A DNA stretch of 64,000 nt, from contig JAYOYH010000008.1 of assembly GCA_038153405.1 (NCBI GenBank), positions 59,398 to 123,397 of the forward strand, given 5' to 3'. Below, piece by piece: positions 18,975 through 28,997 of this stretch. Every line of letters starts with the position of its first letter. Within the stretch, counting starts at the first letter, position 1. This DNA is from Gemmatimonadota bacterium. Lineage in GTDB: Bacteria; Latescibacterota; UBA2968; UBA8231. Under the pieces are notes generated by a model. It did no database searches and was not told the origin of the DNA. It saw nothing but the letters and a program-made list of their open reading frames with translations. The position numbers and the translations under genes are program-made.

Positions 18975-19670
18975 ATGTTAGAAATACTATTCTATCTCCT
19001 TCTTGCACTTAGCTTTATCGTATTTGTGCTTCCTCTTTCACTCGCCCTGAGTGCCCGTCGATCACACCCAGAGGCTCCACTGACCATCGAAATCGCCCTG
19101 GGGCTGTACCGGGCGATCCTCGGCGTGGGACTGCGCGTTCAGCCAGAGCTCCGGTCCGTACATATCTCCTTTTTTAACAAATTGATACATGCTCCCTGTT
19201 TCACGCTCAAGCGCCGGTCTACTCCACGTTCCTCCACCCCTATCTCGCCGCCGTCCGACCCTGCCGAGCAGACACCGGAAGCCGAGGCGCCTCCGGCGAG
19301 TACGGCCAGACCCCGTGGCGCCATGGACTGGCTGCGCATCACCACCGCTCCGACCATCCACTTGGTCGGACGCTTCCCGCGCGCATTCAGCCTCAACCAC
19401 CTATCGGCGCATGGTCGCTTAGGCCTGGACGACCCCATGCAGACGGGAGCACTCTACGGCTACCAGCGCGCCCTGATGGCCTTGCCTTTTAAGCGCCTGC
19501 GCTTAGACTTAGTGCCAGACTTTGGCCGCCGCGGATTCAGCGGGCGCGTCGACTTGGCCATCGGCATACACCTAGGTCGAATTCTCTACCATGCCCTGCG
19601 CTTTGCGCTGCACACCGGAGTGCGCTACGCCATAATGCGCTACACTCATAGATCGCTTCGCATATTCTAA
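18975..19670 (+). CDS. DUF2953 (YtfI-like) membrane-anchored protein
   Basis: 'GRLGLDDPMQTGALYG...LVPDF' motif; directly upstream of ytfJ; ATG 18975 chosen. Confidence 0.75.
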   Translation: MLEILFYLLLALSFIVFVLPLSLALSARRSHPEAPLTIEIALGLYRAILGVGLRVQPELRSVHISFFNKLIHAPCFTLKRRSTPRSSTPISPPSDPAEQTPEAEAPPASTARPRGAMDWLRITTAPTIHLVGRFPRAFSLNHLSAHGRLGLDDPMQTGALYGYQRALMALPFKRLRLDLVPDFGRRGFSGRVDLAIGIHLGRILYHALRFALHTGVRYAIMRYTHRSLRIF

Positions 19671-19684
19671 AAAGGCGGTACTGC

Positions 19685-20068
19685 ATGCCATCCGTAGAAA
19701 ACCTCATCGAGCGCGTCATGGGCGAATTGCACCGCATCGTGCAAACCGAAACCGTCGTCGGCGAGCCCGTGCAGGCCGGGGACCTGACCATTATCCCCGT
19801 ATCGAAAATATCCTTTGGCTTCGCCGCCGGCGGCGGCCAGAACGACAAGGGCCAGAGCGGCACCGGCGGCGGTGCCAGCGTCGAGCCCATTGCCTTTTTG
19901 GTGATCGACGGGGACGGCAAGGTGCAGATTATGACGCTCACCGACAAAGAGGTGGGCTGGGGCCAGCTAGCGGAGTTGGTGCCCGATGCACTAAGTAAGA
20001 TCAAGCGTTTTGTCGAAAAAAAGCGCGGTGACGGCCAAGAAGACGAGGGCGAAGAGCAGCCAGATTAA
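19685..20068 (+). CDS. ytfJ: YtfJ/GerW family protein
   Basis: 'ETVVGEPV...IIPVSKISFGFAAGGG...GGGASVEPIAFLVI'. Confidence 0.9.
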   Translation: MPSVENLIERVMGELHRIVQTETVVGEPVQAGDLTIIPVSKISFGFAAGGGQNDKGQSGTGGGASVEPIAFLVIDGDGKVQIMTLTDKEVGWGQLAELVPDALSKIKRFVEKKRGDGQEDEGEEQPD

Positions 20069-20592
20069 TGGTGGTTGCCCTCGGTTGGAAAGAAGCGAAA
20101 GCGCCCATCCAGTAGCAGGTGCGTATACCACCCCGCCATGCACCCCATCAAATAGACGAGGTGGCCCTCCATCAGACCGTGCACGTTCTCCCACGAGAAT
20201 GAGCCGATAAACGCGTGGCGGGCCCGCCAGTATTCGTAGGTGGCGCCGAGCAAAATCGACACCACCAGCGGACTGATCTTCCAGTGCGTCCAACCCCGGT
20301 GATGGTCGAGCAGCGGCAGCAGCGAAAGGATGGCCACTAGCGTGGCCAAATCGTAGCGCTCATTCCACCCCAGGTAGAGCAGCGCGGCGAATACGCAGCG
20401 AAAAAACCAGCGCTGCGGCACGGAAGCCGTATCGAGATCGGGAAAAAGAGAGAAAAACGCCGTGGTCGCGCACACTCCGCCCCAGGTGACATGGTCGCCC
20501 GCCTCGATATACGACAGGCGCATTGCCCCTTCGGCCACGCCAATACCAACGACAATCCCACTGATGAGGTGCCCTTTAAAATTCACCGGCAC
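20065..20592 (-). CDS. Membrane-bound metal-dependent hydrolase (YdjM/DUF2227-like)
   Basis: GH...G, FSLFPDLD, HHRGWTH, GWYTHLLLD motifs. Confidence 0.8.
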   Translation of the reverse strand: MPVNFKGHLISGIVVGIGVAEGAMRLSYIEAGDHVTWGGVCATTAFFSLFPDLDTASVPQRWFFRCVFAALLYLGWNERYDLATLVAILSLLPLLDHHRGWTHWKISPLVVSILLGATYEYWRARHAFIGSFSWENVHGLMEGHLVYLMGCMAGWYTHLLLDGRFRFFPTEGNHH

Positions 20593-20603
20593 ACTTCCCT
20601 GTC

Positions 20604-21683
20604 TCAGATGACAGCGACACGCTCTGGCCCTTTGTCGAACAGCTGTCCGCAGGCCGCGTCGATATCGCGCCCCCGACTCTCGCGCACGGTGAATTCCACC
20701 CCTGCTTTTTCCAGCGTGCGGTAAAAAGCCTGCAAGCGCTGCTGGGAAGGACGGCGAAACGGGCCTCCATCCGCCAGTTCGTTATAGGGTATCAGATTGA
20801 TTTTACAGGGGATATCGCCGGTCAACTCAGCCAAGCGAACAGCGTCTTGTCCGCCGTCTGTCACGCCGTCCATAAGCACGTACTCAAAGGTGACCCCGTA
20901 GCCGCGCAGCTGGTGAAACTCGCGCGCTACGTCGAGCAGGTCGGCAATTTTAAAGCGGCGATTTATCGGCATGAGCCGCTCGCGCACTTCGTCCGTGGTC
21001 GCGTTGAGCGATATGGCTAACCCGACATTGAGGTCCTCCCGGGCCAGCTTGCGAATACCCGGAACGTAGCCGGCCGTCGACACCGTTATGCGCCGGCCAC
21101 CTAGTGCCAATCCCGTTTCCAAGCGCATGAGCTGCAGCGCGCGCACCACGGCGTCGTAGTTGAGCAGCGGCTCGCCCATGCCCATTAGGACGACGTTGGT
21201 AATGCGCTCATCGCGCGCGCGCGCATACGCCGAGACCTGGATGAGTTGGTCGAGTATTTCGCCGGCCTGCAAGTTGCGCACCAGCCCCATGCGCCCCGTG
21301 GCGCAGAACGCGCAGTCGAGCGGACAGCCCACCTGCGAGGAGATGCACACCGTGCGCCGCGCGCCGTCAATAATCAGCACGGACTCGACCCGCTCCCCCG
21401 TCGCTAGCTCAAAGAGAAATTTGACCGCCTGCCCCGTCTGCGAGGCGCGGTGCTCGACCGCGCGCAGGCGCGTGATATAGGCCACTCTATCCAGCGCCAG
21501 GCGAAACGCCTTGGACAAGTTGGTCATTTCGTCGATGCGTTCCACCCCTTTGTTGTGCACCCAGTCGACGATTTGACGGGCGCGGTAGTCGGCCTCGCCC
21601 AACTCGGCTACGAGCGCCTCAACTTCGGCGGGTAACGCACATGTTAAATCGATGCGTGGCGCATCGACAGCTTCGTTGCTCAT
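20604..21683 (-). CDS. rlmN: 23S rRNA/tRNA m2A methyltransferase RlmN (radical SAM)
   Basis: CISSQVGCPLDCAFC, MGMGEP, INLIPYN, RGRDIDAACGQL. Confidence 0.97.
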   Translation of the reverse strand: MSNEAVDAPRIDLTCALPAEVEALVAELGEADYRARQIVDWVHNKGVERIDEMTNLSKAFRLALDRVAYITRLRAVEHRASQTGQAVKFLFELATGERVESVLIIDGARRTVCISSQVGCPLDCAFCATGRMGLVRNLQAGEILDQLIQVSAYARARDERITNVVLMGMGEPLLNYDAVVRALQLMRLETGLALGGRRITVSTAGYVPGIRKLAREDLNVGLAISLNATTDEVRERLMPINRRFKIADLLDVAREFHQLRGYGVTFEYVLMDGVTDGGQDAVRLAELTGDIPCKINLIPYNELADGGPFRRPSQQRLQAFYRTLEKAGVEFTVRESRGRDIDAACGQLFDKGPERVAVI

Positions 21684-21707
21684 CGGATCCTAGCGCGGGG
21701 AAACTGC

Positions 21708-21744
21708 TTGACGAAAAATTGACATAGGTTTATTATAAATAAAC
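21708..21744 (+). promoter_or_regulatory. Putative sigma70 promoter with overlapping palindrome in the rlmN/M23 divergent region
   Basis: TTGACG-N17-TATTAT; palindrome GTTTATT-ATA-AATAAAC (21728-21744) over the -10. Confidence 0.5.
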
Positions 21745-21810
21745 AGTTTACCCATAATTGGTCAATGCCCCACGCCCCTCTCTACTCCTCGTGCGACGAC
21801 CTATAATTCA

Positions 21811-23205
21811 TTGAAGAAACTCGACCCATCTACGTGGTTTTGGGCCAGCCTAGCCGTGGCCGCCCTCGCCATGGGCATCCGCCTGGAGCGATTCCACGCA
21901 CTAGAAGCCCCCCCTGCCATCGACGCGGGCACAATCCTCGTTCCCATCGCCGCAGCGGACCCGCCGGCAGAGGCACCCGAGCAAGATTCCAACGCGCGCG
22001 CCAATCGATCGGAAGCGGTCGCGCCGGACTGGACTTTCGTTGGCCCTCCGATCGCACCGCCGATGACCATCGATACCGCACCCGACCACTTCGTCGTGCA
22101 GGACACCCTGCGCACCGGCGACTCAATTTACCTTTCGCTCAAGCGCAACGCCATTGGCGAACGCCAGATATCGCTGCTCAACGCCGCCCTCAGCAAGGTC
22201 TTCAAAGCCAGCAGCCAGTCGCGCCCAGACGACTACTATCGGCTCATCGTCGATACCAGTGGCGTCGTGCGCTCCTTTTCCTACACGCCCAGTAGAGAGC
22301 CCGAACGCCCCGTTTTCGTCGAGCGCCTCGACGGTAGACTGGTCGCCAAGCGCGAAGAGCTGGCGCTCGAAACGCGCCTCTTTGCGGCAGAAGTTTTTAT
22401 CGACGATAACTTGGCCAACGCCATCAGCGCAGCCGGAGAGAGCGATGCGCTGACCGATCGCATCACCGACAATATCTTTGGTTCGGTAATTGACTTTCGC
22501 CAAAATCCGCGCAAGGGCGACCGCATTCGCGCGCTGTTTGAAAAGGAATACCTGGAGGGGCGTTTTATCCGCTATGGGCGCGTCCTGCTGGCCGAGTATC
22601 AGGGGCAGGTCGTCCAACAGGCAGCCTTCTACTACGATCCCCCCAAAGGGAATGCCGGCTACTACGACGAGCAAGGCAATTCGCTAGCCCGCATGTTCCT
22701 GCTCTACCCGCTGCCCTTCCGCGGCATCAATTCGCATTTCAATCTGCGCCGTTTTCACCCCGTGCTCAAGCGCAATGTGCCCCATCTCGGCACCGACTAT
22801 GCCGCCTCGCGCGGCACGCCGGTCTTTGCCACGGCCATCGGCACAGTCACCCACGCCGGTAACAAAGGCAGCTATGGTCTCCTGGTAGAAATACAGCATG
22901 CCAACGGCTACCGCACGCGCTATGCCCATCTGAGCAAAGTGCGGGTCAAGCGCGGTCAGCGCGTCGCCCAGCAGCAGACCGTCGGCAACGTGGGCACGAC
23001 GGGTCGTTCGACCGGCCCCCATTTGCACTACGAGATTCTCAAGAACGGGCGCCAGATCAATCCCACTTCGGTCAACCGCGGAGAGCGCGGCAAGCCGTTG
23101 GACAAAGCCTATAATGGCCTCTTTGCCGCACACCGCGATTCGCTTACGCGCATGCTCAATTCCCACCTGCAACGCGCGGTGATAGCCACCTCGCAAACCC
23201 CCTGA
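21811..23205 (+). CDS. M23 peptidoglycan endopeptidase (MepM/Csd3-like)
   Basis: HLGTD (HxxxD), YAHLS, STGPHLHYE; N-terminal anchor. Confidence 0.92.
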   Translation: MKKLDPSTWFWASLAVAALAMGIRLERFHALEAPPAIDAGTILVPIAAADPPAEAPEQDSNARANRSEAVAPDWTFVGPPIAPPMTIDTAPDHFVVQDTLRTGDSIYLSLKRNAIGERQISLLNAALSKVFKASSQSRPDDYYRLIVDTSGVVRSFSYTPSREPERPVFVERLDGRLVAKREELALETRLFAAEVFIDDNLANAISAAGESDALTDRITDNIFGSVIDFRQNPRKGDRIRALFEKEYLEGRFIRYGRVLLAEYQGQVVQQAAFYYDPPKGNAGYYDEQGNSLARMFLLYPLPFRGINSHFNLRRFHPVLKRNVPHLGTDYAASRGTPVFATAIGTVTHAGNKGSYGLLVEIQHANGYRTRYAHLSKVRVKRGQRVAQQQTVGNVGTTGRSTGPHLHYEILKNGRQINPTSVNRGERGKPLDKAYNGLFAAHRDSLTRMLNSHLQRAVIATSQTP

Positions 23206-23291
23206 GTCTGCCCGCAAAGCCCCCTTGACACAGAAGGTCCTGCGCCTTCTATTGTGCACCGAACCACCCACTCTACCTCCGATTTTAGACT

Positions 23292-23699
23292 ATGAACGAA
23301 GCGTCAAAACGCGCGATAGAGGATCTGGCCGAACGCGACGGGCGTTATAGATTCGAGGCATATGCATTTATCTTCGAAGCCCTGGGATTCACCGTAGAGA
23401 AAATGGGCCGCGCCCATTTGTCCGACGAGGGGCGCCATATATCTGGGCGCGACTTACTGGCCGGCATCAGCGAATACGCCTTCAACGAGTACGGCCCCCT
23501 CACGCGCGCGGTCTTTGCCCACTGGCGGGTATTCCAAACGCGCGACTTTGGCGAAATTGTTTTCAGCTTGGTTGCCATCGGCGAAATGGGCAAGACGGAA
23601 CACGACCGCATCGAGGACTTTATCGACGTCTACGATTTTGACGAGGAATTCGACTGGAAAAGGCGCCGCGCCGCGCAGAAATCGATCAAAAAAACATGA
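23292..23699 (+). CDS. Minf_1886 family protein
   Basis: 'RYRFEAYAFIFEAL...HISGRDLL...YGPL...DFGEIVFSLV..GEMGKTEHDRIEDF..VYDF'. Confidence 0.8.
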   Translation: MNEASKRAIEDLAERDGRYRFEAYAFIFEALGFTVEKMGRAHLSDEGRHISGRDLLAGISEYAFNEYGPLTRAVFAHWRVFQTRDFGEIVFSLVAIGEMGKTEHDRIEDFIDVYDFDEEFDWKRRRAAQKSIKKT

Positions 23700-24958
23700 G
23701 GATTGCCTACTTCGACTGTTTTTCCGGCATCAGCGGTGATATGGTGCTCGGCGCCCTCGTCGACGCGGGACTCGATCTCGACGCCCTGCGCGCCGAATTG
23801 GCCAAGCTCGGCGTACCCCAACTCGATCTCACGCGAGAGCGGGCGGTGCGCCAGGCCATTGCCGGCACGCGCGTTCAGGTCCACATAGGCGGGCGCCCCA
23901 TGGAGCCCGAAGACGAACACCACTTTACCCCTATCACTCCGGCGACTACGCGCCCTCCTCTGCCCCTGCTCCCCCCCCAAGCTAGCAGGGGCCACCACGC
24001 GCACCATCGCTTGGAAGATATTCTATCCCTAATCGACAGCAGCCGGTTAGACGAGCCCGTGCGCACGCAGGCCCGCGCCGTATTCCAGCGGTTGGCCGAG
24101 GCCGAGGCCACCGTCCACGGCAGCCCACCCGAAAGTGTGCACCTACACGAGGTGGGCGCGCTCGACGCCGTCGCCGACATCGTGGGTGCGGTGGCCGGCC
24201 TGCAGCTGCTGGGCGTTGAAAAGATCTACTCGTCGCCGCTGCACTTTGGCACCGGCTTTGTGCGCTGTGCACACGGGCGCTATCCCGTACCGGTGCCCGG
24301 CGTGCTCGCCCTCTGCCGAGACATTCCCAGCGTCCAGACGGATATACGCGCCGAATTGGTCACGCCGACCGGCGCCGCACTCATCACCACGCTGGCCAGC
24401 CAATTCGGTCCCGCCCCCCCATTTGTCCAGACGGCCGTCGGCTACGGCGCTGGCAGTCGCGACCTCGAGCAGGTGCCCAATATGCTGCGCGTGCGCATTG
24501 GCGAGCAGGCCACCATCGCCAGCCGCGAGGAGCTGCTGCACGTCGAGGCCAATATCGACGATATGAATCCCGAGGTCTACGGCTACCTCTTCGAGCTGCT
24601 GTTCGAACGCGGTGCTCGCGATGTGTATGTGACTTCCATCGCCATGAAGAAGGGTCGCCCCGGACACTTGCTGGGCGTGTTGGTCGATGCGGCACACAGC
24701 AAGGACATAATCGACACCATATTGGCCGAAACGACGACGCTGGGGGTGCGCTACCACACCGTGGAGCGACAAGTGCTGCAGCGCGAGCAGCGGCAGGTCG
24801 ACACTCCCTATGGCCGCGTCGGCATCAAAGTCGGTGTGGTGGGCGATCGCCGCCGCGCCGCCCCCGAGTACGAGGACTGCGCCCGCCTGGCGCGCCAGCA
24901 CCGCGTTCCCCTCCTCACCGTTTATCAGGCGGCCAGTTTAGCCGCCAGCGAGGAATGA
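23696..24958 (+). CDS. larC: Nickel pincer cofactor biosynthesis protein LarC
   Basis: MRIAYFDCFSGISGDM, HLHEVGALDAVADI, ELVTPTGAA, EANIDDMNPE, MKKGRPG, PEYEDC. Confidence 0.95.
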   Translation: MRIAYFDCFSGISGDMVLGALVDAGLDLDALRAELAKLGVPQLDLTRERAVRQAIAGTRVQVHIGGRPMEPEDEHHFTPITPATTRPPLPLLPPQASRGHHAHHRLEDILSLIDSSRLDEPVRTQARAVFQRLAEAEATVHGSPPESVHLHEVGALDAVADIVGAVAGLQLLGVEKIYSSPLHFGTGFVRCAHGRYPVPVPGVLALCRDIPSVQTDIRAELVTPTGAALITTLASQFGPAPPFVQTAVGYGAGSRDLEQVPNMLRVRIGEQATIASREELLHVEANIDDMNPEVYGYLFELLFERGARDVYVTSIAMKKGRPGHLLGVLVDAAHSKDIIDTILAETTTLGVRYHTVERQVLQREQRQVDTPYGRVGIKVGVVGDRRRAAPEYEDCARLARQHRVPLLTVYQAASLAASEE

Positions 24959-25707
24959 TTATGTCATACCGCGTTGTATGCATCGCCCTATATTGCGCCG
25001 CCGCTTTCTCAGCTCCAGCCGCCAGCGCTTCCGACCTCGACGAATTCGACAATCTGCGCCGCCTCGAAGTGCGCGACGGGGTCGAGCGCATCGCATACGG
25101 CGATGCCAACGGACGCGTGCACATCCTAGAGGGCAAAGAATCGACCTTTAACGAAGTGTGGGTCAGCGAGTACATGGAAGGCGCCATCGCCGGCCTGTTT
25201 GTCGTCGACGTCAACGACGACGAACTCGATGAAATCGTCGTCTTCACCGATCGGGGGCGCATCCACTACATCGACTCGCAGGACTACCGCATCATCTGGA
25301 GCAATCCACCCGGCGAATACGAGCGCATAACCTGTCAGATCATCTACGACACCGACGACGATCCGCAGCCCGAACTGCTGTTCTGCGCCGACGGCTACCT
25401 CATCGTCTACGACGGGCGCGACCAGTACGAGCAGTGGCGCAGCGATCAGAGCAACCTCACATCGCGCCAAATCCTCATCGGCGATGTAGACGGCGACGGC
25501 GATCAGGAAATTGTCCTCAACGACGGCTACGTATTCGACGCGCGCTTTTTCGATCTCGAGTGGCAATCGCCCGATGCCTTTGGCGAACGGCTCGGCCTGC
25601 TCGATATCGACGAAGACGGCATAGCCGAATTAATCGGCGAATTTCAAGGGCGCTACCTGCGCGTCTTCGACGTCGATCTGCGCCGCGAAAAGTCGCTAGC
25701 GCGCTAG
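24955..25707 (+). CDS. Secreted FG-GAP-repeat protein
   Basis: Signal peptide; DVNDDELDEIV, DTDDDPQPEL, GDVDGDGDQEI, DIDEDGIAEL repeats. Confidence 0.75.
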   Translation: MIMSYRVVCIALYCAAAFSAPAASASDLDEFDNLRRLEVRDGVERIAYGDANGRVHILEGKESTFNEVWVSEYMEGAIAGLFVVDVNDDELDEIVVFTDRGRIHYIDSQDYRIIWSNPPGEYERITCQIIYDTDDDPQPELLFCADGYLIVYDGRDQYEQWRSDQSNLTSRQILIGDVDGDGDQEIVLNDGYVFDARFFDLEWQSPDAFGERLGLLDIDEDGIAELIGEFQGRYLRVFDVDLRREKSLAR

Positions 25708-25796
25708 CCGCTCTTCCTTGACACTCACCCATTGCCGAACGAATATATTCGACACCTTTTACGCGCTCAGGAATCCCTTAGACGAGGAGCTCCCTT

Positions 25797-26789
25797 ATGG
25801 CACGACCCGTAACCTTATTCACTGGCCAGTGGGCCGACTTAGATATCGAAACCATGTGCCAGAAGGCCAAGGACTTTGGCTACGATGGCTTGGAATTGGC
25901 CTGTTGGGGCGACCACTTCGAAGTGGGCAAGGCCAACGCCGCCTACTGCAAGGCCAAGCGCCAACTGCTGGAAAAGTACGACCTGCAGCTCTTTTCCATT
26001 TCCAACCACTTAGTCGGCCAAGCCGTCTGCGATAATATCGACGAGCGCCACAAGGCGATTTTAGCACCCGATATTTGGGGCGATGGCTCTCCTGAAGGCG
26101 TGCGCAAACGCGCGGCCCGAGAAATGATCGCCACGGCGAAAGCGGCCAGTCGCTTGGGCGTCGACGTAGTCAACGGCTTTACCGGCTCGTCCATTTGGCA
26201 CCTGATCTATTCCTTTCCGCCCGTTTCCCCCGCTATGATCGAGAAGGGTTACCGAGATTTTGCCAAGCGCTGGAAGCCCATTCTAGACCAGTTCCACAAA
26301 CTCGGCGTCAAGTTCGCCCTAGAAGTCCACCCGACGGAAATTGCCTTTGATATCGCTTCGGCAGAGCGCGCGATTGCCGCCCTCGACGGGCATCCGGCCT
26401 TTGGCTTTAATTACGACCCGAGCCACTTAGGCTACCAAGGCGTCGACTACGTCGAATTTATCCATCGTTTTAGCGACCGCATCTTCCATGTTCATATGAA
26501 AGACGTCGGCTGGTCCGCCACCCCAACGGAGGCCGGGGTATTTGGCGGACACGTCGACTTTGGCGACCGCCGTCGCTACTGGGACTTCCGCTCGCTGGGC
26601 CGCGGCAATATCGACTTTGAGGAGATCATTCGCGCGCTCAACCGCATCAACTACCAGGGACCCCTTTCCGTCGAGTGGGAAGACAGCGGCATGGATCGCG
26701 AGCACGGAGCGACGGAAGCGGCGGCCTTTGTCAAAGAGGTCGACTTCAAACCTTCGGACCTCGCCTTTGACGCCGCGTTTGAAAAATAA
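25797..26789 (+). CDS. Sugar phosphate isomerase/epimerase (xylose-isomerase-like TIM barrel)
   Basis: [40 protein letters not shown]. Confidence 0.9.
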   Translation: MARPVTLFTGQWADLDIETMCQKAKDFGYDGLELACWGDHFEVGKANAAYCKAKRQLLEKYDLQLFSISNHLVGQAVCDNIDERHKAILAPDIWGDGSPEGVRKRAAREMIATAKAASRLGVDVVNGFTGSSIWHLIYSFPPVSPAMIEKGYRDFAKRWKPILDQFHKLGVKFALEVHPTEIAFDIASAERAIAALDGHPAFGFNYDPSHLGYQGVDYVEFIHRFSDRIFHVHMKDVGWSATPTEAGVFGGHVDFGDRRRYWDFRSLGRGNIDFEEIIRALNRINYQGPLSVEWEDSGMDREHGATEAAAFVKEVDFKPSDLAFDAAFEK

Positions 26790-27435
26790 GACAGCGCTCG
26801 GATCGGGCGGTCTCTGGCCACGTTTCTGGAGGCCGCCCTTCTGGGCTGCCGTCTTCGCCGCTGTGCTCGCCTCGCTCAGTCCGACAAATGCCCAACCTCT
26901 ACCCCCGGGCGGGCTGGACGCCATCCACCTGCGCCTGGCCGAAAAGGCGCTGCGCGCCCACTTGGTCAACCCCGACGAAAACGCCCTGCTACAGGTTCTG
27001 ATCGGGGCATCGCTCGCGCGCGACGCGTTGATCGATACGGCCGTCGTCTACGATATCATCGTCCACTACGACCCCAACCGCTACCAAGATCCGCGCGTTG
27101 GCACCTACCCCCTGCGCTTTGAAGAGCAGCTCGTTTTTTGGGGTAAGCGCGTTGCCCACTTTACCAAAAGCACGGAGTGGAAAAGCGGGCGTTTCTACCT
27201 GCGCGATTTGTCTACTGGACGCGTCGCATGGGTGTTTACCGCCGACGCCCGCAGACTCTACAATCCGCCCAAAGCGCCGCGCACGTCGCGCGATATATCG
27301 CCCTACACCGATTTGCAGACAACAGGCCAATGGCTGCGCGCCATTCACGAGGAGGATCGCGACGCCGTGGAACGACGCCTGCGCCAAGAAGCGCAACAGC
27401 GCGCCCAATCTCTGACCAAGGATTTGAAACCGTGA
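26779..27435 (+). CDS. Hypothetical exported protein
   Basis: Fills the gap between the isomerase and dppA with overlapping ends; signal-peptide-like '[18 protein letters not shown]'; start (TTG 26779) uncertain. Confidence 0.55.
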   Translation: MKNKTALGSGGLWPRFWRPPFWAAVFAAVLASLSPTNAQPLPPGGLDAIHLRLAEKALRAHLVNPDENALLQVLIGASLARDALIDTAVVYDIIVHYDPNRYQDPRVGTYPLRFEEQLVFWGKRVAHFTKSTEWKSGRFYLRDLSTGRVAWVFTADARRLYNPPKAPRTSRDISPYTDLQTTGQWLRAIHEEDRDAVERRLRQEAQQRAQSLTKDLKP

Positions 27436-28994
27436 ACCACCTTTTGATGCTGTTTGCCCTGGCACTGCTGACCGCTTGTGGCGGCGCGCATACCAGCAGC
27501 GACACGCTGGTATTTGTCCGCGGCTCCGACTCCGTCGGACTGGACCCCGCCCTAGAGACGGACGGCGAATCGTTTAAAGTCTGCGACAACATCTACGAAA
27601 CGCTCGTGACCTACGACAAAGAGACGACGCGCGTGGTGCCCCAACTGGCCCATTCCTGGGACGTTGCCGACGACAGGCTGACCTGGACATTTCACCTGCG
27701 CACCGACGTACTCTTTCACGACGGCACGCCCTTTAATGCACGGGCCATGCTCTTTTCGCTGGGGCGTCAGTTCTTTCCAGACCATCCGCATCACCAAGTA
27801 GAAGGGGCATACAAATATTGGAAAGACATGGGAATGGACGAAATTGTCGCCGATATGACGGCACCCGACGACTCGACGTTCGTCATCCAACTCCGGCGCG
27901 CCAACGCCCCCTTCCTGTCCAACTTGGCAATGAACTTCTGCGCCGCCGTCAGCCCGGCAGCCGTCAACAAATACGGACGCGATTTTTTTAAAAACCCGGT
28001 CGGCACAGGCCCCTTTCGCTTTGTAGAATGGCGCAAGGACGAGCGCATTGTGCTAGAGCGCAACGAAGCCCATTGGGACGACCCTCCCCCTCTTAAACGG
28101 CTCCTTTTCAAACCGATCCAAGAGGCGTCCGTTCGCTTTCTCGAGCTGCAGCAGGGCACAGCGCAGGGCATGGATAACCTCAACCCCGAATACATCGAGC
28201 AGATTCGCAGCAACCCCGAGCTCAAGTTGCTGACCCAGCCCGGCATGAACGTCGGCTATTTGGCGATGAATATGGACAAGGCGCCCTTTGACAATCCGCT
28301 AGTGCGCCGCGCGATAAACCACGCCATCGACAAGCAAGCGCTGGTAGACAACTTCTATCAGGGAATGGCCCTCGTCGCCAAAAATCCCATCCCACCCACG
28401 CTGTGGAGCTACAACGACGACGTGCCGGGCTACGCCTACGACCCCCAGCGCGCGCGCCAGTTGCTCAGCGAGGCAGGATTTGCAGAGGGCTTTGCGACCG
28501 AACTATGGGCCATGCCAGTGCCACGACCCTACATGCCGCAGCCGGACAAGATCGCCCAGGCCATTCAAGCCGACCTCAGCAAGATCGGCGTGCAAGCCAC
28601 TATCGTGCAGTGGGAGTGGGGTACCTACTTAGACAAGGTGTCACAGGGCGAACACCCCATGGCTCTGCTGGGCTGGACCGGCGACAACGGCGACCCGGAC
28701 AACTTTCTCTACGTCCTACTCGATCAAACGGCGGCGGAAAAGCCGGCGCAAAACATCGCCTTCTATCGCAGCAACGAACTGCACGAATTGCTGGTAGCCG
28801 CGCGCTCCAGCGCCGAGCGCGCCGAACGCGAACGCCTGTACCGCCGCGCCCAAGAAGTCATTTTCCGCGACGCGCCCTGGGTGCCGCTAGTGCACGCCAC
28901 GCAAACGGCAGCGTTTCGCAGCAACGTAGACGGCTTTGTCATGCACCCGACCGGCAGCAAGCTGTTTCGCAGCGTGCGCATCAGCGCGCCCTAA
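27432..28994 (+). CDS. dppA: Dipeptide ABC transporter substrate-binding lipoprotein (SBP family 5)
   Basis: Lipobox LLTAC; PQLAHSW, FHDGTPFNA, PVGTGPF, MPVPRPYMP, GWTGDNGDPDNF. Confidence 0.9.
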   Translation: MNHLLMLFALALLTACGGAHTSSDTLVFVRGSDSVGLDPALETDGESFKVCDNIYETLVTYDKETTRVVPQLAHSWDVADDRLTWTFHLRTDVLFHDGTPFNARAMLFSLGRQFFPDHPHHQVEGAYKYWKDMGMDEIVADMTAPDDSTFVIQLRRANAPFLSNLAMNFCAAVSPAAVNKYGRDFFKNPVGTGPFRFVEWRKDERIVLERNEAHWDDPPPLKRLLFKPIQEASVRFLELQQGTAQGMDNLNPEYIEQIRSNPELKLLTQPGMNVGYLAMNMDKAPFDNPLVRRAINHAIDKQALVDNFYQGMALVAKNPIPPTLWSYNDDVPGYAYDPQRARQLLSEAGFAEGFATELWAMPVPRPYMPQPDKIAQAIQADLSKIGVQATIVQWEWGTYLDKVSQGEHPMALLGWTGDNGDPDNFLYVLLDQTAAEKPAQNIAFYRSNELHELLVAARSSAERAERERLYRRAQEVIFRDAPWVPLVHATQTAAFRSNVDGFVMHPTGSKLFRSVRISAP

Positions 28995-28997
28995 CCC

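Noticed and set aside
23225..23255. sigma70 promoter TTGACA...TATTGT before Minf_1886
   Set aside because: Spacer is 19 nt; not convincing enough to list
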